The notes under the pieces: generated by a model
Told to the model about the DNA's origin: nothing
The model's database searches: none
What the model saw: only the letters and a program-made list of their open reading frames with translations
Position numbers and translations under genes: made by a program
Source: Candidatus Sericytochromatia bacterium
GTDB lineage: Bacteria; Cyanobacteriota; Sericytochromatia; S15B-MN24; JAQBPE01
Length of the DNA stretch: 64,000 nucleotides
Assembly: GCA_035285125.1 (NCBI GenBank)
Contig: JAYKHR010000026.1
Span: forward strand, 1-64,000
Direction of reading: 5' to 3'
Part shown: one piece after another, positions 17,757 to 27,345 of the stretch
Layout of the letters: each line of letters begins with the position of its first letter
How positions within the stretch are numbered: the stretch's first letter is position 1

Positions 17757-18992
17757 ATGGCCAGCAACATCCTGATGCCCAAGATGGGCTACGACATGGA
17801 AGAGGGCAAGCTCCTGCGGTGGCTGAAGCAGGAGGGCGAGGCCGTCGCGAAGGGCGAGCCCGTCGCTGAGATCGAGACGGACAAGGTCGCCATCGAGATC
17901 GAGGCCTTCGCCAGCGGCGTCCTCGCCCGCATCCTGGTGGGGCCCGGCGAGTCGGCCCCCGTCGGGTCGCCGATCGGCATCATCGCCGAGCCCGGTGAGC
18001 AGGTGGAGGCGCCCGCTGCGCCCGCCCCGGCTGCGGCCCCCGCCCCGGCTGCGCCCCTCCCCGTCGCCGCTCAGCCGCCCGCGGCCCCGGCGGCCGTTGC
18101 TGCTGCCGCGCCGCAGGGCCGCGTCTTCTCCTCGCCGCTCGCTCGCAAGGTGGCTGCTGCGCGGGGGGTCGATCTCGCGGTCGTGACGGGCACCGGCCCG
18201 CGCGGGCGGATCGTGCGTCGGGACGTGGAGGCTGCGGCCTCGGCGCCCGTCGCGACGTCGGTGACATCGCCGGCCCCCGCCGCTCCGACGGCCCCGGTTC
18301 AGCCCGGCGCTGCACGTCTGGAGCCGCTTTCCGGGATGCGAAAGGCGATCGCCCGCCGCATGGCCGAGGCCATGGCGCCCATCCCGCACTTCTATGTCAC
18401 GATGGCCGTCTCGATGGACGCTGCGATGGCGCTGCGCGAGCAACTCAACGCGGGCCTCGAGAAGGACGCGCGGATCTCCGTGAACGACATGATCGTCAAG
18501 GCCTGCGCGCTCGCGCTGCGCAAGCACCCGAGCCTGAACGCGCGCTGGACCGAGGCGGGCATCGAGCACCCGGCCGACGTCGCCATCAGCGTGGCCGTGG
18601 CGCTGCCCGACGGGCTCATCGCCCCGGACATCCACCTGGCGGATGCCAAGTCCGTGGGGGCCATCGCGCGGGAGATCCGCGACAAGGCCGGGCGGGCCAA
18701 GGCCGGCGGGCTGGGGCCGGACGAGTACGGGCGGGGCACCTTCACCGTGAGCAACCTCGGGATGTACGGCGTGGAGGCGTTCACCGCGATCGTGACGCCG
18801 CCGCAAAGCGCCGCCCTGGCGGTCGGGGCCGTGCAGGCCGAGCCCGTCGTGCGCGACGGCGCCCTGGCCGTCGGCCAGGTCATGCGCTTCACGGTCTCGG
18901 CCGACCACCGCATCACGGACGGCGCCGGTTCGGCCCAGTTTGCGGCCGAGGTGAAGCGCCTGCTGGAGCACCCGTTCCAGCTCTTGCTCTAG
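17757..18992 (+). CDS. pdhC: Dihydrolipoamide acetyltransferase E2
   Basis: Lipoyl motif EIETDKV, Ala/Pro linker, SPLARK binding domain, DHRITDG. Confidence 0.93.
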   Translation: MASNILMPKMGYDMEEGKLLRWLKQEGEAVAKGEPVAEIETDKVAIEIEAFASGVLARILVGPGESAPVGSPIGIIAEPGEQVEAPAAPAPAAAPAPAAPLPVAAQPPAAPAAVAAAAPQGRVFSSPLARKVAAARGVDLAVVTGTGPRGRIVRRDVEAAASAPVATSVTSPAPAAPTAPVQPGAARLEPLSGMRKAIARRMAEAMAPIPHFYVTMAVSMDAAMALREQLNAGLEKDARISVNDMIVKACALALRKHPSLNARWTEAGIEHPADVAISVAVALPDGLIAPDIHLADAKSVGAIAREIRDKAGRAKAGGLGPDEYGRGTFTVSNLGMYGVEAFTAIVTPPQSAALAVGAVQAEPVVRDGALAVGQVMRFTVSADHRITDGAGSAQFAAEVKRLLEHPFQLLL

Positions 18993-19001
18993 GGAGGCAC
19001 C

Positions 19002-20375
19002 ATGGCCAGCGTGATCATCCTCGGCGGCGGGCCCGGGGGCTACGTCGCCGCCATCCGGGCGGCCCAACTTGGGCTGAGCGTGACGCTCGTGGAGCGCGAG
19101 TGGCTCGGCGGCGTCTGTCTCAACTGGGGCTGCATCCCGACCAAGGCCCTGCTGCGCAATGCGGAGGTGCTGAACCTCTTCAAGCACGCCAAGGACTGGG
19201 GCGTGAAGTTCGACAAGCTGTCGGCGGACTACGGCGTGGCCTTCGACCGCTCCCGCGACGTTGCGGACCGCCTCGTCAAGGGCATCACCTACCTGATGAA
19301 GAAGAACCGCATCCAGGTGGTGCAGGGCACGGGACGCCTGCTGGCTCCTGGCCGGGTGCAGGTGGGCGACCAGGTGCTGACGGCCGACCACGTGGTGCTG
19401 GCCGTGGGCGCGCGGCCGCGGCTGCTGCCCGGCCTCGAGGCTGACGGCGAGCGCATCGTCACCAGCCGCTCGGCCCTGCTCGACAACCGCACGGCCCCCA
19501 AGTCGATCGTTATTCTCGGCGGCGGCGCCATCGGCTGCGAGTTCGCCTACGTCTACGGCAGCTACGGGGCCCAGGTGACGATTGTCGAGCTTCGCGACCA
19601 CCTGCTGCCGAACGAGGACCCGGAGAGCAGCGAGGTACTCGAGAAGGCCTACCGCGGCTACGGCTACACCCTGCACCTGGGCAGCAAGTTCGAGGGCCAC
19701 GAGCTCACGCGCAAGGGCGTGAAGGTCAAGATCGCGACGCCTTCCGGCCCTGTGGTGCTCGAGGCCGAGCGGATGTTGGTCTCGCTCGGTGTTGCCCCCA
19801 ACACCGAGGACCTCGGCCTCGAGGCGTGCGGCGTCGCGACGGAGCGGGGCTTCATCACCGTCGACGAGCAGATGCGGACGAACGTGCCCGGTGTCTGGGC
19901 CATCGGAGATTGCAATGGCCGCTCGGGCCTCGCCCACGTCGCGTCAGCGCAGGGCGTGGTGGCGGCTGAGGCGATCGCGGGCCATCACCCCCACCCCTTG
20001 CGCTACGAGGACATGCCCCGCTGCACCTACTGCCACCCGCAGGTGGCCAGCCTGGGCCTGACGGAGGCCCAGGCGCGCGAGCAGGGGCACGACGTCCGCG
20101 TGGGCCGGTTCCCGTTGGCGGCGAACGGCAAGGCGCTGGCGCTCGGAGATGCCGTGGGTCAGGTCAAGGCCGTGGTCGACGGCCGCCACGGCGAGTTGCT
20201 CGGCGTGCACCTCGTGGGCCCCGACGTGACGGAGTTGTTGCCCGAGTTTGGCCTGGCGCGGGCTGCAGAGGTCACGGCCGACGAGCTCGAGCTGGCCGTC
20301 CACGCTCACCCCACGCTGTCGGAGGCGCTCCACGAGGCGGTGCTCGCCGCCATGGGACGGGCCATCCACATCTAG
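19002..20375 (+). CDS. lpdA: Dihydrolipoamide dehydrogenase E3
   Basis: GGGPGGY, GGVCLNWGCIPTK, HPTLSE. Confidence 0.95.
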   Translation: MASVIILGGGPGGYVAAIRAAQLGLSVTLVEREWLGGVCLNWGCIPTKALLRNAEVLNLFKHAKDWGVKFDKLSADYGVAFDRSRDVADRLVKGITYLMKKNRIQVVQGTGRLLAPGRVQVGDQVLTADHVVLAVGARPRLLPGLEADGERIVTSRSALLDNRTAPKSIVILGGGAIGCEFAYVYGSYGAQVTIVELRDHLLPNEDPESSEVLEKAYRGYGYTLHLGSKFEGHELTRKGVKVKIATPSGPVVLEAERMLVSLGVAPNTEDLGLEACGVATERGFITVDEQMRTNVPGVWAIGDCNGRSGLAHVASAQGVVAAEAIAGHHPHPLRYEDMPRCTYCHPQVASLGLTEAQAREQGHDVRVGRFPLAANGKALALGDAVGQVKAVVDGRHGELLGVHLVGPDVTELLPEFGLARAAEVTADELELAVHAHPTLSEALHEAVLAAMGRAIHI

Positions 20376-20481
20376 CTCTTCATCCAGGTTTAGGGAAGAG
20401 TTAACCGGTCCTTGGACAATTCGGGGCCCTCCCTGCGCGACAACCCCTCTTGCGACCTCGGCGAGACGGCAGGAGAGACGG

Positions 20482-21780
20482 ATGGCGACAGGGCAGGGCC
20501 GAACGGGGCAGGTGGTGGCCTGGCTGGTACTGGCGGCGTCGCTGGCCGCCTGCGGCCGGGCCGGAAGCCCCACCGCCGCTCGCGGTGTCTCGCAGGTCGA
20601 GGCCCTGGCCACCTCCGGCCGGGTGATCGTGGGGTGGCGCCAGCCTGACAAGGCGAGCGAGGTCCTGCGGCGCCTCGGCGTTCGTCGCCAGGATGGCCCC
20701 GAGGCCTCCGGCGCTGCCGGTGACGGCCCTGAGGTCGTGGCCTTGCCGCGGGGGATGGATGCCACGGGCTTTGCGGCGGCCGCGGCTGACGCGGTGGCGT
20801 GGGTCGAGCCCGACCGGATTTTGCGCCTGCCGGCCGCTCCCAGTGGCGACGCCGAGGAGGCCGGGCCAGAGGCCGAGGCCCTCGCCCGGAAGCCGGCCTC
20901 GTCCCGGCGCTGGTGGCTGGAGCGGATCCGCGCGGCGGAGGCCTGGCGCCGCACCCGTGGCCGCCCGGGCGTGCGCATCGGCGTCGTGGATACGGGCGTC
21001 GACCCCGAGCATCCCGCGCTGCGCGAGCAGGTGGTCGGGAGCTGGCGGGTCAACGGCCTGCTGGGGCGTCTCGGGATGGCAACGGCCCGGGACGACAACG
21101 GGCACGGGACGCACTGCGCCGGCGTGGCGGCGGGCTCCGGCGAGGGGGGGCTCACGGGCGTGGCCCCTGGCTGCAAGCTGCTGGTGGTCAAGGCGCTCGA
21201 CCGCAACGGCGCCGGGGCGACCTCCGACATCGTGCGGGGCATCCGCTGGGCCGTGGGCAACGGTGCGCGGGTGCTGAGCCTGAGCGTCGGCGGTCAGGAG
21301 TCCTCCCAGGCGATGGCCGGTGCCGTGGCGGAGGCCCTCAAGGCGGGCGTTGTTGTGGTGGCCGCGATGGGCAACGAGGGCAAGGAGCTCAAAAACTACC
21401 CTGCCGCCTTGCCCGGCGTGATCGCCGTGGGGGCGACGACGCGCCAGGATCGGCCGGCCTCCTTCTCGACGCGCGGTCCGTGGATCTCGGTGGCGGCTCC
21501 CGGCGTCGACATCTGGGCGACGGCACCCACCTACGCTGTGACGATGAATCGCGGCGACGACGCCCCGCTCGGGATCGGCGAGGGCAAGCTGTCGGGCACG
21601 TCGATGGCCACGCCGATGGTGGCCGGGCTGGCGGCGTTGCTCGTCAGCGCCCACCCGGCCTGGACGCCCGCCCAGGTCAAGGCCGCGATCGAGCGGTCGG
21701 TGGTCCCCCTCGACGACGGCTTCAACCCCCGCACGGGCCACGGCCGGATCGACGCGGCGAGAGCGCTCGGGGGGATCTGA
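20482..21780 (+). CDS. S8 subtilisin-like serine protease, lipoprotein
   Basis: Lipobox LAAC; catalytic triad VDTG, HGTHCAG, GTSMATP. Confidence 0.92.
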   Translation: MATGQGRTGQVVAWLVLAASLAACGRAGSPTAARGVSQVEALATSGRVIVGWRQPDKASEVLRRLGVRRQDGPEASGAAGDGPEVVALPRGMDATGFAAAAADAVAWVEPDRILRLPAAPSGDAEEAGPEAEALARKPASSRRWWLERIRAAEAWRRTRGRPGVRIGVVDTGVDPEHPALREQVVGSWRVNGLLGRLGMATARDDNGHGTHCAGVAAGSGEGGLTGVAPGCKLLVVKALDRNGAGATSDIVRGIRWAVGNGARVLSLSVGGQESSQAMAGAVAEALKAGVVVVAAMGNEGKELKNYPAALPGVIAVGATTRQDRPASFSTRGPWISVAAPGVDIWATAPTYAVTMNRGDDAPLGIGEGKLSGTSMATPMVAGLAALLVSAHPAWTPAQVKAAIERSVVPLDDGFNPRTGHGRIDAARALGGI

Positions 21781-21790
21781 GCGGCGGGCC

Positions 21791-22702
21791 TCAGCCGGCC
21801 TCGCACACGTGGCCGGGCATCTGACGGTTGTCCGCGGTGGCGGCGCCCTCTCGCGTGACGCCGATGAGCCCGATGTCGAGCTCGGCGGCGGGGAAGAGGT
21901 CGACGCCCTTCTGGAGGGCTTCGCGCAGGGGCATGCCGTCCTCCAGCCAGCCGTAGACCGTGCGGGCCAGCAGCTTCGTCACGATGGCCTCGCCGATGCC
22001 CGTGCAGGCGATCGCGCCGGCGGGGCCCGCATAGAACCCGCACCCGACGATCGGGGTGTCGCCCACCCGGCCGTAGAGCATCGGAGAGCTCCCGCCCGTC
22101 GAGCTCGCGACGGCGAAGCGGCCCTCGGCGTCCATCGCCACGGCCCCGATCGTGCTCGTGCCGTGGGCGTGGATCACTCGCTGCCACTGGGTCGGGAAGT
22201 TCCAGTGGGCCTTGAAGTCGAAGGCCCGCCACTCTGCCTGGAAGTCGTAGGCCGTGTCTGCCGACAGCGCCTCCATCACCTTCATGTGGATCGCGCGGGC
22301 GCGGGGCGTGACTTCCTTGAATTCGGGGTGCCCGAGGACGCGCGCAAAGCGCTCGGCTCCTTCGCCGACCATCAGCCAGTGCGGCGTGTCGGCCACGGCC
22401 CGGGCCACGAGGATCGGGTTGCGAACCCGCTGGAGCGCCGCCACCGCACCGAGCCTTCCCGTGGAGTCCATGCACGACGCATCCATCTCGATGGTTTCGC
22501 CGTCCATCCGCAGGCTGGAGCCCCGGCCCGCGTTGAAACGGCCGTCGTCCTCGAGTCGCACGGAGGCGGCCACGGCGGCTGCCAGGGCGTCTTCCCCGGC
22601 CTTCAGCTTGGCGAACCCGGCTTCAGCGGCGGCGATGCAGCCGTCGAGGTTCTCCGGCGAGTTTCCGACGCCGCCGTGGACGGCGATGGCAAGGCGGGCC
22701 AT
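21791..22702 (-). CDS. Isoaspartyl peptidase/L-asparaginase (Ntn hydrolase)
   Basis: VHGG, FNAGRGS, MDAS, TIGAVA nucleophile, STGG, GRVGDTP. Confidence 0.9.
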   Translation of the reverse strand: MARLAIAVHGGVGNSPENLDGCIAAAEAGFAKLKAGEDALAAAVAASVRLEDDGRFNAGRGSSLRMDGETIEMDASCMDSTGRLGAVAALQRVRNPILVARAVADTPHWLMVGEGAERFARVLGHPEFKEVTPRARAIHMKVMEALSADTAYDFQAEWRAFDFKAHWNFPTQWQRVIHAHGTSTIGAVAMDAEGRFAVASSTGGSSPMLYGRVGDTPIVGCGFYAGPAGAIACTGIGEAIVTKLLARTVYGWLEDGMPLREALQKGVDLFPAAELDIGLIGVTREGAATADNRQMPGHVCEAG

Positions 22703-22778
22703 GGGGATCTCCTTTCAGCGGCCGGCATTGTACCATCCTTGCGTGTTCCGCTCGCTGAGCCCTGGCCGGGAGGTCCCC

Positions 22779-24083
22779 ATGTCGTCACCCTGCGAAACCC
22801 GCACCGTTGAGCCCGCCAGGCGGCTGTGCGGCGACCTCCGCGTGCCGGCAGACAAGTCCCTCTCGCATCGCGCCGCCCTGCTGGCGGCCCTGGCCGAGGG
22901 CGAGAGCCGGATCCGCGGCTTCCTTGCCGCGGAGGATTGCCTGGCCACCTTGAGCGCCGTGCAGGCCCTCGGGGCGAAAGTCACGGGGGAGCCGACCGGG
23001 GAGCTGCGCATTCGGGGGGGCGGGCTCGGGGGGCTGCGGGAGCCCACGGACGTGCTGGATGCCGGCAACAGCGGCACCACGCTGCGCCTGCTGGCAGGCG
23101 TTGCGGCAGGCCTCCCGGGCCTGACGGTGCTGACGGGCGATGCCTCGCTACGGCGGCGGCCGATGGGCCGTGTCGTTGATCCCCTCGTGCGCATGGGCGC
23201 CCGCATCCTCGGGCGCGGGGGGGGGGCCCTCGCGCCGCTCGCCATCGGGGGGGGCGGGCTGCGCCCCATCGCCCACGCCTCTCCCGTCGCCAGCGCCCAG
23301 GTCAAGAGCGCGGTGCTGCTCGCGGGCCTCTTCGCCGAGGGGGAGACCAGCGTCTCCGAGCCCCACCCCTCACGCGACCACACCGAGCGGATGCTGGCGG
23401 CCCTCGGGGCGACGGTGCGCAAAGGGGAGGGCGGCGTGAGCGTCTTGGGGCGGCCGACTCTGCGGCCCTTCGAGTTTGACGTTCCGGGGGACGTCTCCTC
23501 GGCGGCCTTCTGGGTGGTGGCTGCCACCATCGTGCCGGGCAGCGAGGTCGTGCTGCGCGGGGTGGGCGTCAACGAGACGCGTACGGGGGCCCTCGATGTC
23601 CTGCTGGCGATGGGGGCCGACATTCGCCGAGTGGAGCCCAGGCTCGTGGCCGGCGAGCCCGTCTGCGACCTCGTGGTGCGCGGCGCCCCGCTGCGCGGCA
23701 CGCGCGTCGAGGCCCACCAGGCACCCCGGCTCATCGACGAGGTGCCGATCCTCGCCGTCGCCGCCGCGTGCGCCGAGGGCGACACCCTGTTCGAGGGCGT
23801 GGGCGAGCTTCGCCACAAGGAGTCCGATCGCCTGGCCGCGATCATCGAGCGGCTCGGGGCCCTGGGCCTGCGGGCGGTGGCCGAGGGGGAGTGCCTCCGG
23901 GTCCACGGCGGGGCTTGTTGGCAGGCGGGCGAGGTGGACAGCGGGGGCGACCACCGCATGGCCATGAGCGCCGCCGTGGTCGGACTCTTGGCCCGAGGCA
24001 CCGTCACGGTGCGAGACACGGCCTGCGTGAGGACCAGCTACCCGGGGTTCTGGGACGACATGCGCCGCCTGGTCGGCGGCTGA
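22779..24083 (+). CDS. aroA: EPSP synthase
   Basis: DKSLSHR, GNSGTT, RRPM, SAQVKS, ELRHKESDR, DHRMAM. Confidence 0.95.
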   Translation: MSSPCETRTVEPARRLCGDLRVPADKSLSHRAALLAALAEGESRIRGFLAAEDCLATLSAVQALGAKVTGEPTGELRIRGGGLGGLREPTDVLDAGNSGTTLRLLAGVAAGLPGLTVLTGDASLRRRPMGRVVDPLVRMGARILGRGGGALAPLAIGGGGLRPIAHASPVASAQVKSAVLLAGLFAEGETSVSEPHPSRDHTERMLAALGATVRKGEGGVSVLGRPTLRPFEFDVPGDVSSAAFWVVAATIVPGSEVVLRGVGVNETRTGALDVLLAMGADIRRVEPRLVAGEPVCDLVVRGAPLRGTRVEAHQAPRLIDEVPILAVAAACAEGDTLFEGVGELRHKESDRLAAIIERLGALGLRAVAEGECLRVHGGACWQAGEVDSGGDHRMAMSAAVVGLLARGTVTVRDTACVRTSYPGFWDDMRRLVGG

Positions 24084-24144
24084 GCGCACCAGGCGGTGCC
24101 GGGCAGGGAACCGGGGTATGTAGGGCGGGGAGGATCTGACGTCG

Positions 24145-24912
24145 ATGGGACTGATGCAGCAACTGGTCGAGCTCTTCGCGGGCACCCGGGACCGGGCTCC
24201 CGACCTGCGGGCGTTTCGCAAGGCGTTGGAGGCAGCCGTGGCCGACGGGGTCCTGACGGATCTCGAGATCAGCGAGCTCGATCGCCTGCGGAAGCAGTTC
24301 AAGCTCTCGGACGAAGAGGTCAAGAAGTTCAAACGGAAGGCCTACGAGATCGCCTACAAGCACTCTTTCGGCAAGGGTGTCTACAGCGTCCGCAAGCACA
24401 AGGACCTCGACCGCATTCAGAGCTACCTGGGGATGTCCGATGTCGAGGTGGCCAGGTACGCCCGGCAGCTGGCGAAGCTGCGCGTCCTGACCGATCTCAA
24501 GGCCGGCAAGCTGCCGGACGCCGAGGTTCACGGCATGGACTGGCCGAAGGGCGAGCGCGCTCACTGGAAGGCGAACGTGTTCTTGCTGGACGACGACGAC
24601 TACGGCGTGGCGGACGACCCCGAGCTGGTGGCCGCCGCCGGCAGGGGGCACCCACCCTGTCGCGTCGAGCTTCCCTTGCCGGAGCTCAAGCCCGCGAGCC
24701 AGGGCCTGCTGATCGCCACCAACCGGCGTTTCGTCTACAAGTCGCAGAACAAAACCTTCAGCCTGGGGTACGACCAGGTGCTGGGCGTCATCTTCCACCC
24801 GGACGGCCTCCGGGTGCTGGCGGAGGCCGGCAAGTCCAAGCGGATGCGCTTTGTGGACGGTCAGGACCCCGAGGTGACCTCGCTGGTCCTCAGCGCGGTG
24901 CTGAAGCCCTGA
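24145..24912 (+). CDS. Hypothetical protein (helical N-half, PH-like C-half)
   Basis: GAGGA RBS; natural composition; C-terminal GLLIATNRRFVY. Confidence 0.65.
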   Translation: MGLMQQLVELFAGTRDRAPDLRAFRKALEAAVADGVLTDLEISELDRLRKQFKLSDEEVKKFKRKAYEIAYKHSFGKGVYSVRKHKDLDRIQSYLGMSDVEVARYARQLAKLRVLTDLKAGKLPDAEVHGMDWPKGERAHWKANVFLLDDDDYGVADDPELVAAAGRGHPPCRVELPLPELKPASQGLLIATNRRFVYKSQNKTFSLGYDQVLGVIFHPDGLRVLAEAGKSKRMRFVDGQDPEVTSLVLSAVLKP

Positions 24913-24916
24913 AGCC

Positions 24917-26233
24917 TCAGCGCACGGAGGCCAGGAACTCGTCCCAGCTCGTGTCCTTGGCGAAGGCGGTGTCCTTGTAAATCGGGTCGACCTTGCCGTC
25001 GAGTGGCAGGTAGATGGACACGCCTCGGGCGACCTTGCCCTCCTCGCGTGTCGCCCGCGAGAGCAGGATCAGGCCATTCTTGTTGAACAGCGTCGCCTGC
25101 ACGCCCGCGCAGGCCTCCTGGATGCCACGGTCGGTGATCCGCTCGCGGAGCTGCACGATGACCTCGTGGAGATCGCGATGGTTGAAGTCGGACTGATCGG
25201 GCCCGGCCACGTAGAAGGGCTTGACGGCCTGCAGCGCCCGCTTGATCTGGGTTCCCTGGGTGGGCATCGCCGCCAGCAGCGCCTTCCCGAGGCGATCCAC
25301 AGCCTGCGTGGTGCGCGCGGCCTTGCTCATGTCGAGGGCCGAGATGGTGAACAGGGCCACCAGCTTGCCCTTGCGCTGAGCCCGCAGCACCAGCTCTCGC
25401 CCCAGGGCGGCGGGTTCGGCCTTGCCGCCCTTGGCGAGCGCGGCGAGCGTCGTGTCGTAGTTCATGCCGAGGGCGTACGAGGAGTCCTCGCTGGCGACCA
25501 TCACCTCGGCCGTGTTGCGAAGCTCGTGGGCCACCTCGATCGTCGCCATCAGGCAGGCGTCGAAGGTCACCAGATCCAGCTTCTTCGCCCCACGGCCGCG
25601 ATTCAGGGCGGTGGCCAGCTGGGGCAACCGGATGATGGTGTCCGAGCGATCGTCCTGCGCGATGCCGTAGTAGCCACCGCCGTGGTTGTTGACGTCGAGC
25701 CAGCGGAGCCGGGAAGGGTAGGTGCCGAAGGCGGTCCGCATGGCGCTCGCGAGGGCGCCGCCGCTGCCGGAGTTCACCTCACCGCGCTTGCCCACGGGCG
25801 TCCAGGGGCTGGTGATGGCGTCCATGTCCTGATCCGGGGTGATGTAGTACCAGCGGGAGTTGTTGGGGCCGATGTCGTCCGTCAGCACGATGGCGTTCAC
25901 GCCGGTGTTCGAGCCGGCCTTCTCCAGGGTGTTCACGTGCATCGGCAGCGTCACGCCGAGGTTGTTGTCCAGGGCCTTGAAGGTGAAGAACGTGACGTCT
26001 TTGGGCTTGGTCGGCACGGGAAGTTGCCTCACCCGCGTGCCGTGCTCGTCCTTGCCGATCGTTGCCGCCTGGATCTGGGCCGCGATCTCAGGGGCGTCGG
26101 CCGCCATCGCCCCGAAGGCACCCACGCTGCGCCCAAGGGCTGTGGGGCCGAAGACGGCAGCGCCGCAACCCGCCAGGAGCGAGGTTGCGACAAGGGTGGC
26201 GGCCAGGAGGGCCGGGCGGGGGAGGTGGGCCAT
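24917..26233 (-). CDS. Clostripain-family (C11) cysteine peptidase, lipoprotein
   Basis: Lipobox LLAGC; DNNL, NHGGG, FDACLM, VASE, GVSIYLP. Confidence 0.88.
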   Translation of the reverse strand: MAHLPRPALLAATLVATSLLAGCGAAVFGPTALGRSVGAFGAMAADAPEIAAQIQAATIGKDEHGTRVRQLPVPTKPKDVTFFTFKALDNNLGVTLPMHVNTLEKAGSNTGVNAIVLTDDIGPNNSRWYYITPDQDMDAITSPWTPVGKRGEVNSGSGGALASAMRTAFGTYPSRLRWLDVNNHGGGYYGIAQDDRSDTIIRLPQLATALNRGRGAKKLDLVTFDACLMATIEVAHELRNTAEVMVASEDSSYALGMNYDTTLAALAKGGKAEPAALGRELVLRAQRKGKLVALFTISALDMSKAARTTQAVDRLGKALLAAMPTQGTQIKRALQAVKPFYVAGPDQSDFNHRDLHEVIVQLRERITDRGIQEACAGVQATLFNKNGLILLSRATREEGKVARGVSIYLPLDGKVDPIYKDTAFAKDTSWDEFLASVR

Positions 26234-26441
26234 CGGGTGACTCGCCTTCTGGTTCGGGGAGACGGGTTCTTAAAGTAACCTTCGTCTTACTATCGTCGTT
26301 TCTATACCCGAACTTGCGTTCCAAGCCACCTGGGGGGCGCACACGAACGGCACGGCCTCGGCCCGCCCTGAGCCTCGCCACTGGCGACGCCTGACCCCAA
26401 GAACCTCCCGGCTGTCGTCGGCCCCACGGATGTCCGAGGCC

Positions 26442-27263
26442 TCAGCCTGTGGCACCGGGCGGCGGCCAGCCGGCCCGCGCCGCCGCCAGCACCGCCCGCA
26501 GTGCGGGACGGTCCAGGCCTTGGGGCGCCATCACGACGGCCTCAGGGGGCGCTGGCAGCCGCGTGACGAGCTGGGTGCAGGGGTGGTCGGGGTTCATCAG
26601 CGCGCCGTGCGCAGCGGTGATCCGAACCCCGTGTAGCCAGGGAGCCAGCGCGGCGAGCTCCGGCAGGGGGGCGTCGTCCCGGCGCGCCGCCGCTGCGACG
26701 TGCGCGTCCAGGTCGGCGAGCACGCCCAGAGGGGGCGCGCCGAGCCTCGCCAGCACACCGGCGAGCTCCTGCCAGTGGGCGCCCAGCCTGCGATCCGGGC
26801 CCGGTCCCTGCAAAATCAGCGAGACGCGGATCCCTCGGGCGTCTGCCAGCGTCGCCACGGCGTCCAGGGAGCGGCAGAGCTGCTCGAGGGCTTGAGACCA
26901 GGCCACGGTGCCGCCGCCCCCCGGCGGGCCAGGCACGGCCCAGCCCGCGGGAAGCAGGTGGTGGCTCGCGCCACGGCCCGCTGCCGCGCGCAAGACCTCC
27001 CCGGCCTCCGCAAGCGCGCGCCGCCGAAGGTCCTCGTCCGTGGCGGCCAGGTTCCAGGGGGGCAAGCCATGGAGGCCTGGCCCCCGGCCGGCGAGCCATA
27101 CCCGATCGCCCCAGCGGGCCAGCTGCTCCGCCCAAGTCGCGCCGGCCTCGAGACGCTCCCCCGCAACGGCGTGGCCCCAAGCCTCTCCGGCGAGGGCCGT
27201 CAGTGCGTCTGCGGCGCTGGAGGCGCCGGGCACGCTGGCGACGTCGAGGGTGCAAGTAGCCAT
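26442..27263 (-). CDS. Divergent xylose-isomerase/AP-endonuclease-2-like TIM-barrel protein
   Basis: NLAATDEDLRRRAL and helix/strand pattern of the family; metal ligands look degenerate. Confidence 0.55.
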   Translation of the reverse strand: MATCTLDVASVPGASSAADALTALAGEAWGHAVAGERLEAGATWAEQLARWGDRVWLAGRGPGLHGLPPWNLAATDEDLRRRALAEAGEVLRAAAGRGASHHLLPAGWAVPGPPGGGGTVAWSQALEQLCRSLDAVATLADARGIRVSLILQGPGPDRRLGAHWQELAGVLARLGAPPLGVLADLDAHVAAAARRDDAPLPELAALAPWLHGVRITAAHGALMNPDHPCTQLVTRLPAPPEAVVMAPQGLDRPALRAVLAAARAGWPPPGATG

Positions 27264-27345
27264 CGTGGGGGCCTGGCGGGATCGGCTGGAAAGGGGAGAC
27301 GTTGATCCGTGTACCCCGCATGGCCTACCATGAGGGCACCCACGG

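Noticed and set aside
16971..19937. Long antisense ORFs (this one, 32007-35180, 35898-38381, 41454-44408)
   Set aside because: Shadow ORFs expected opposite real genes in high-GC DNA; no recognisable motifs.
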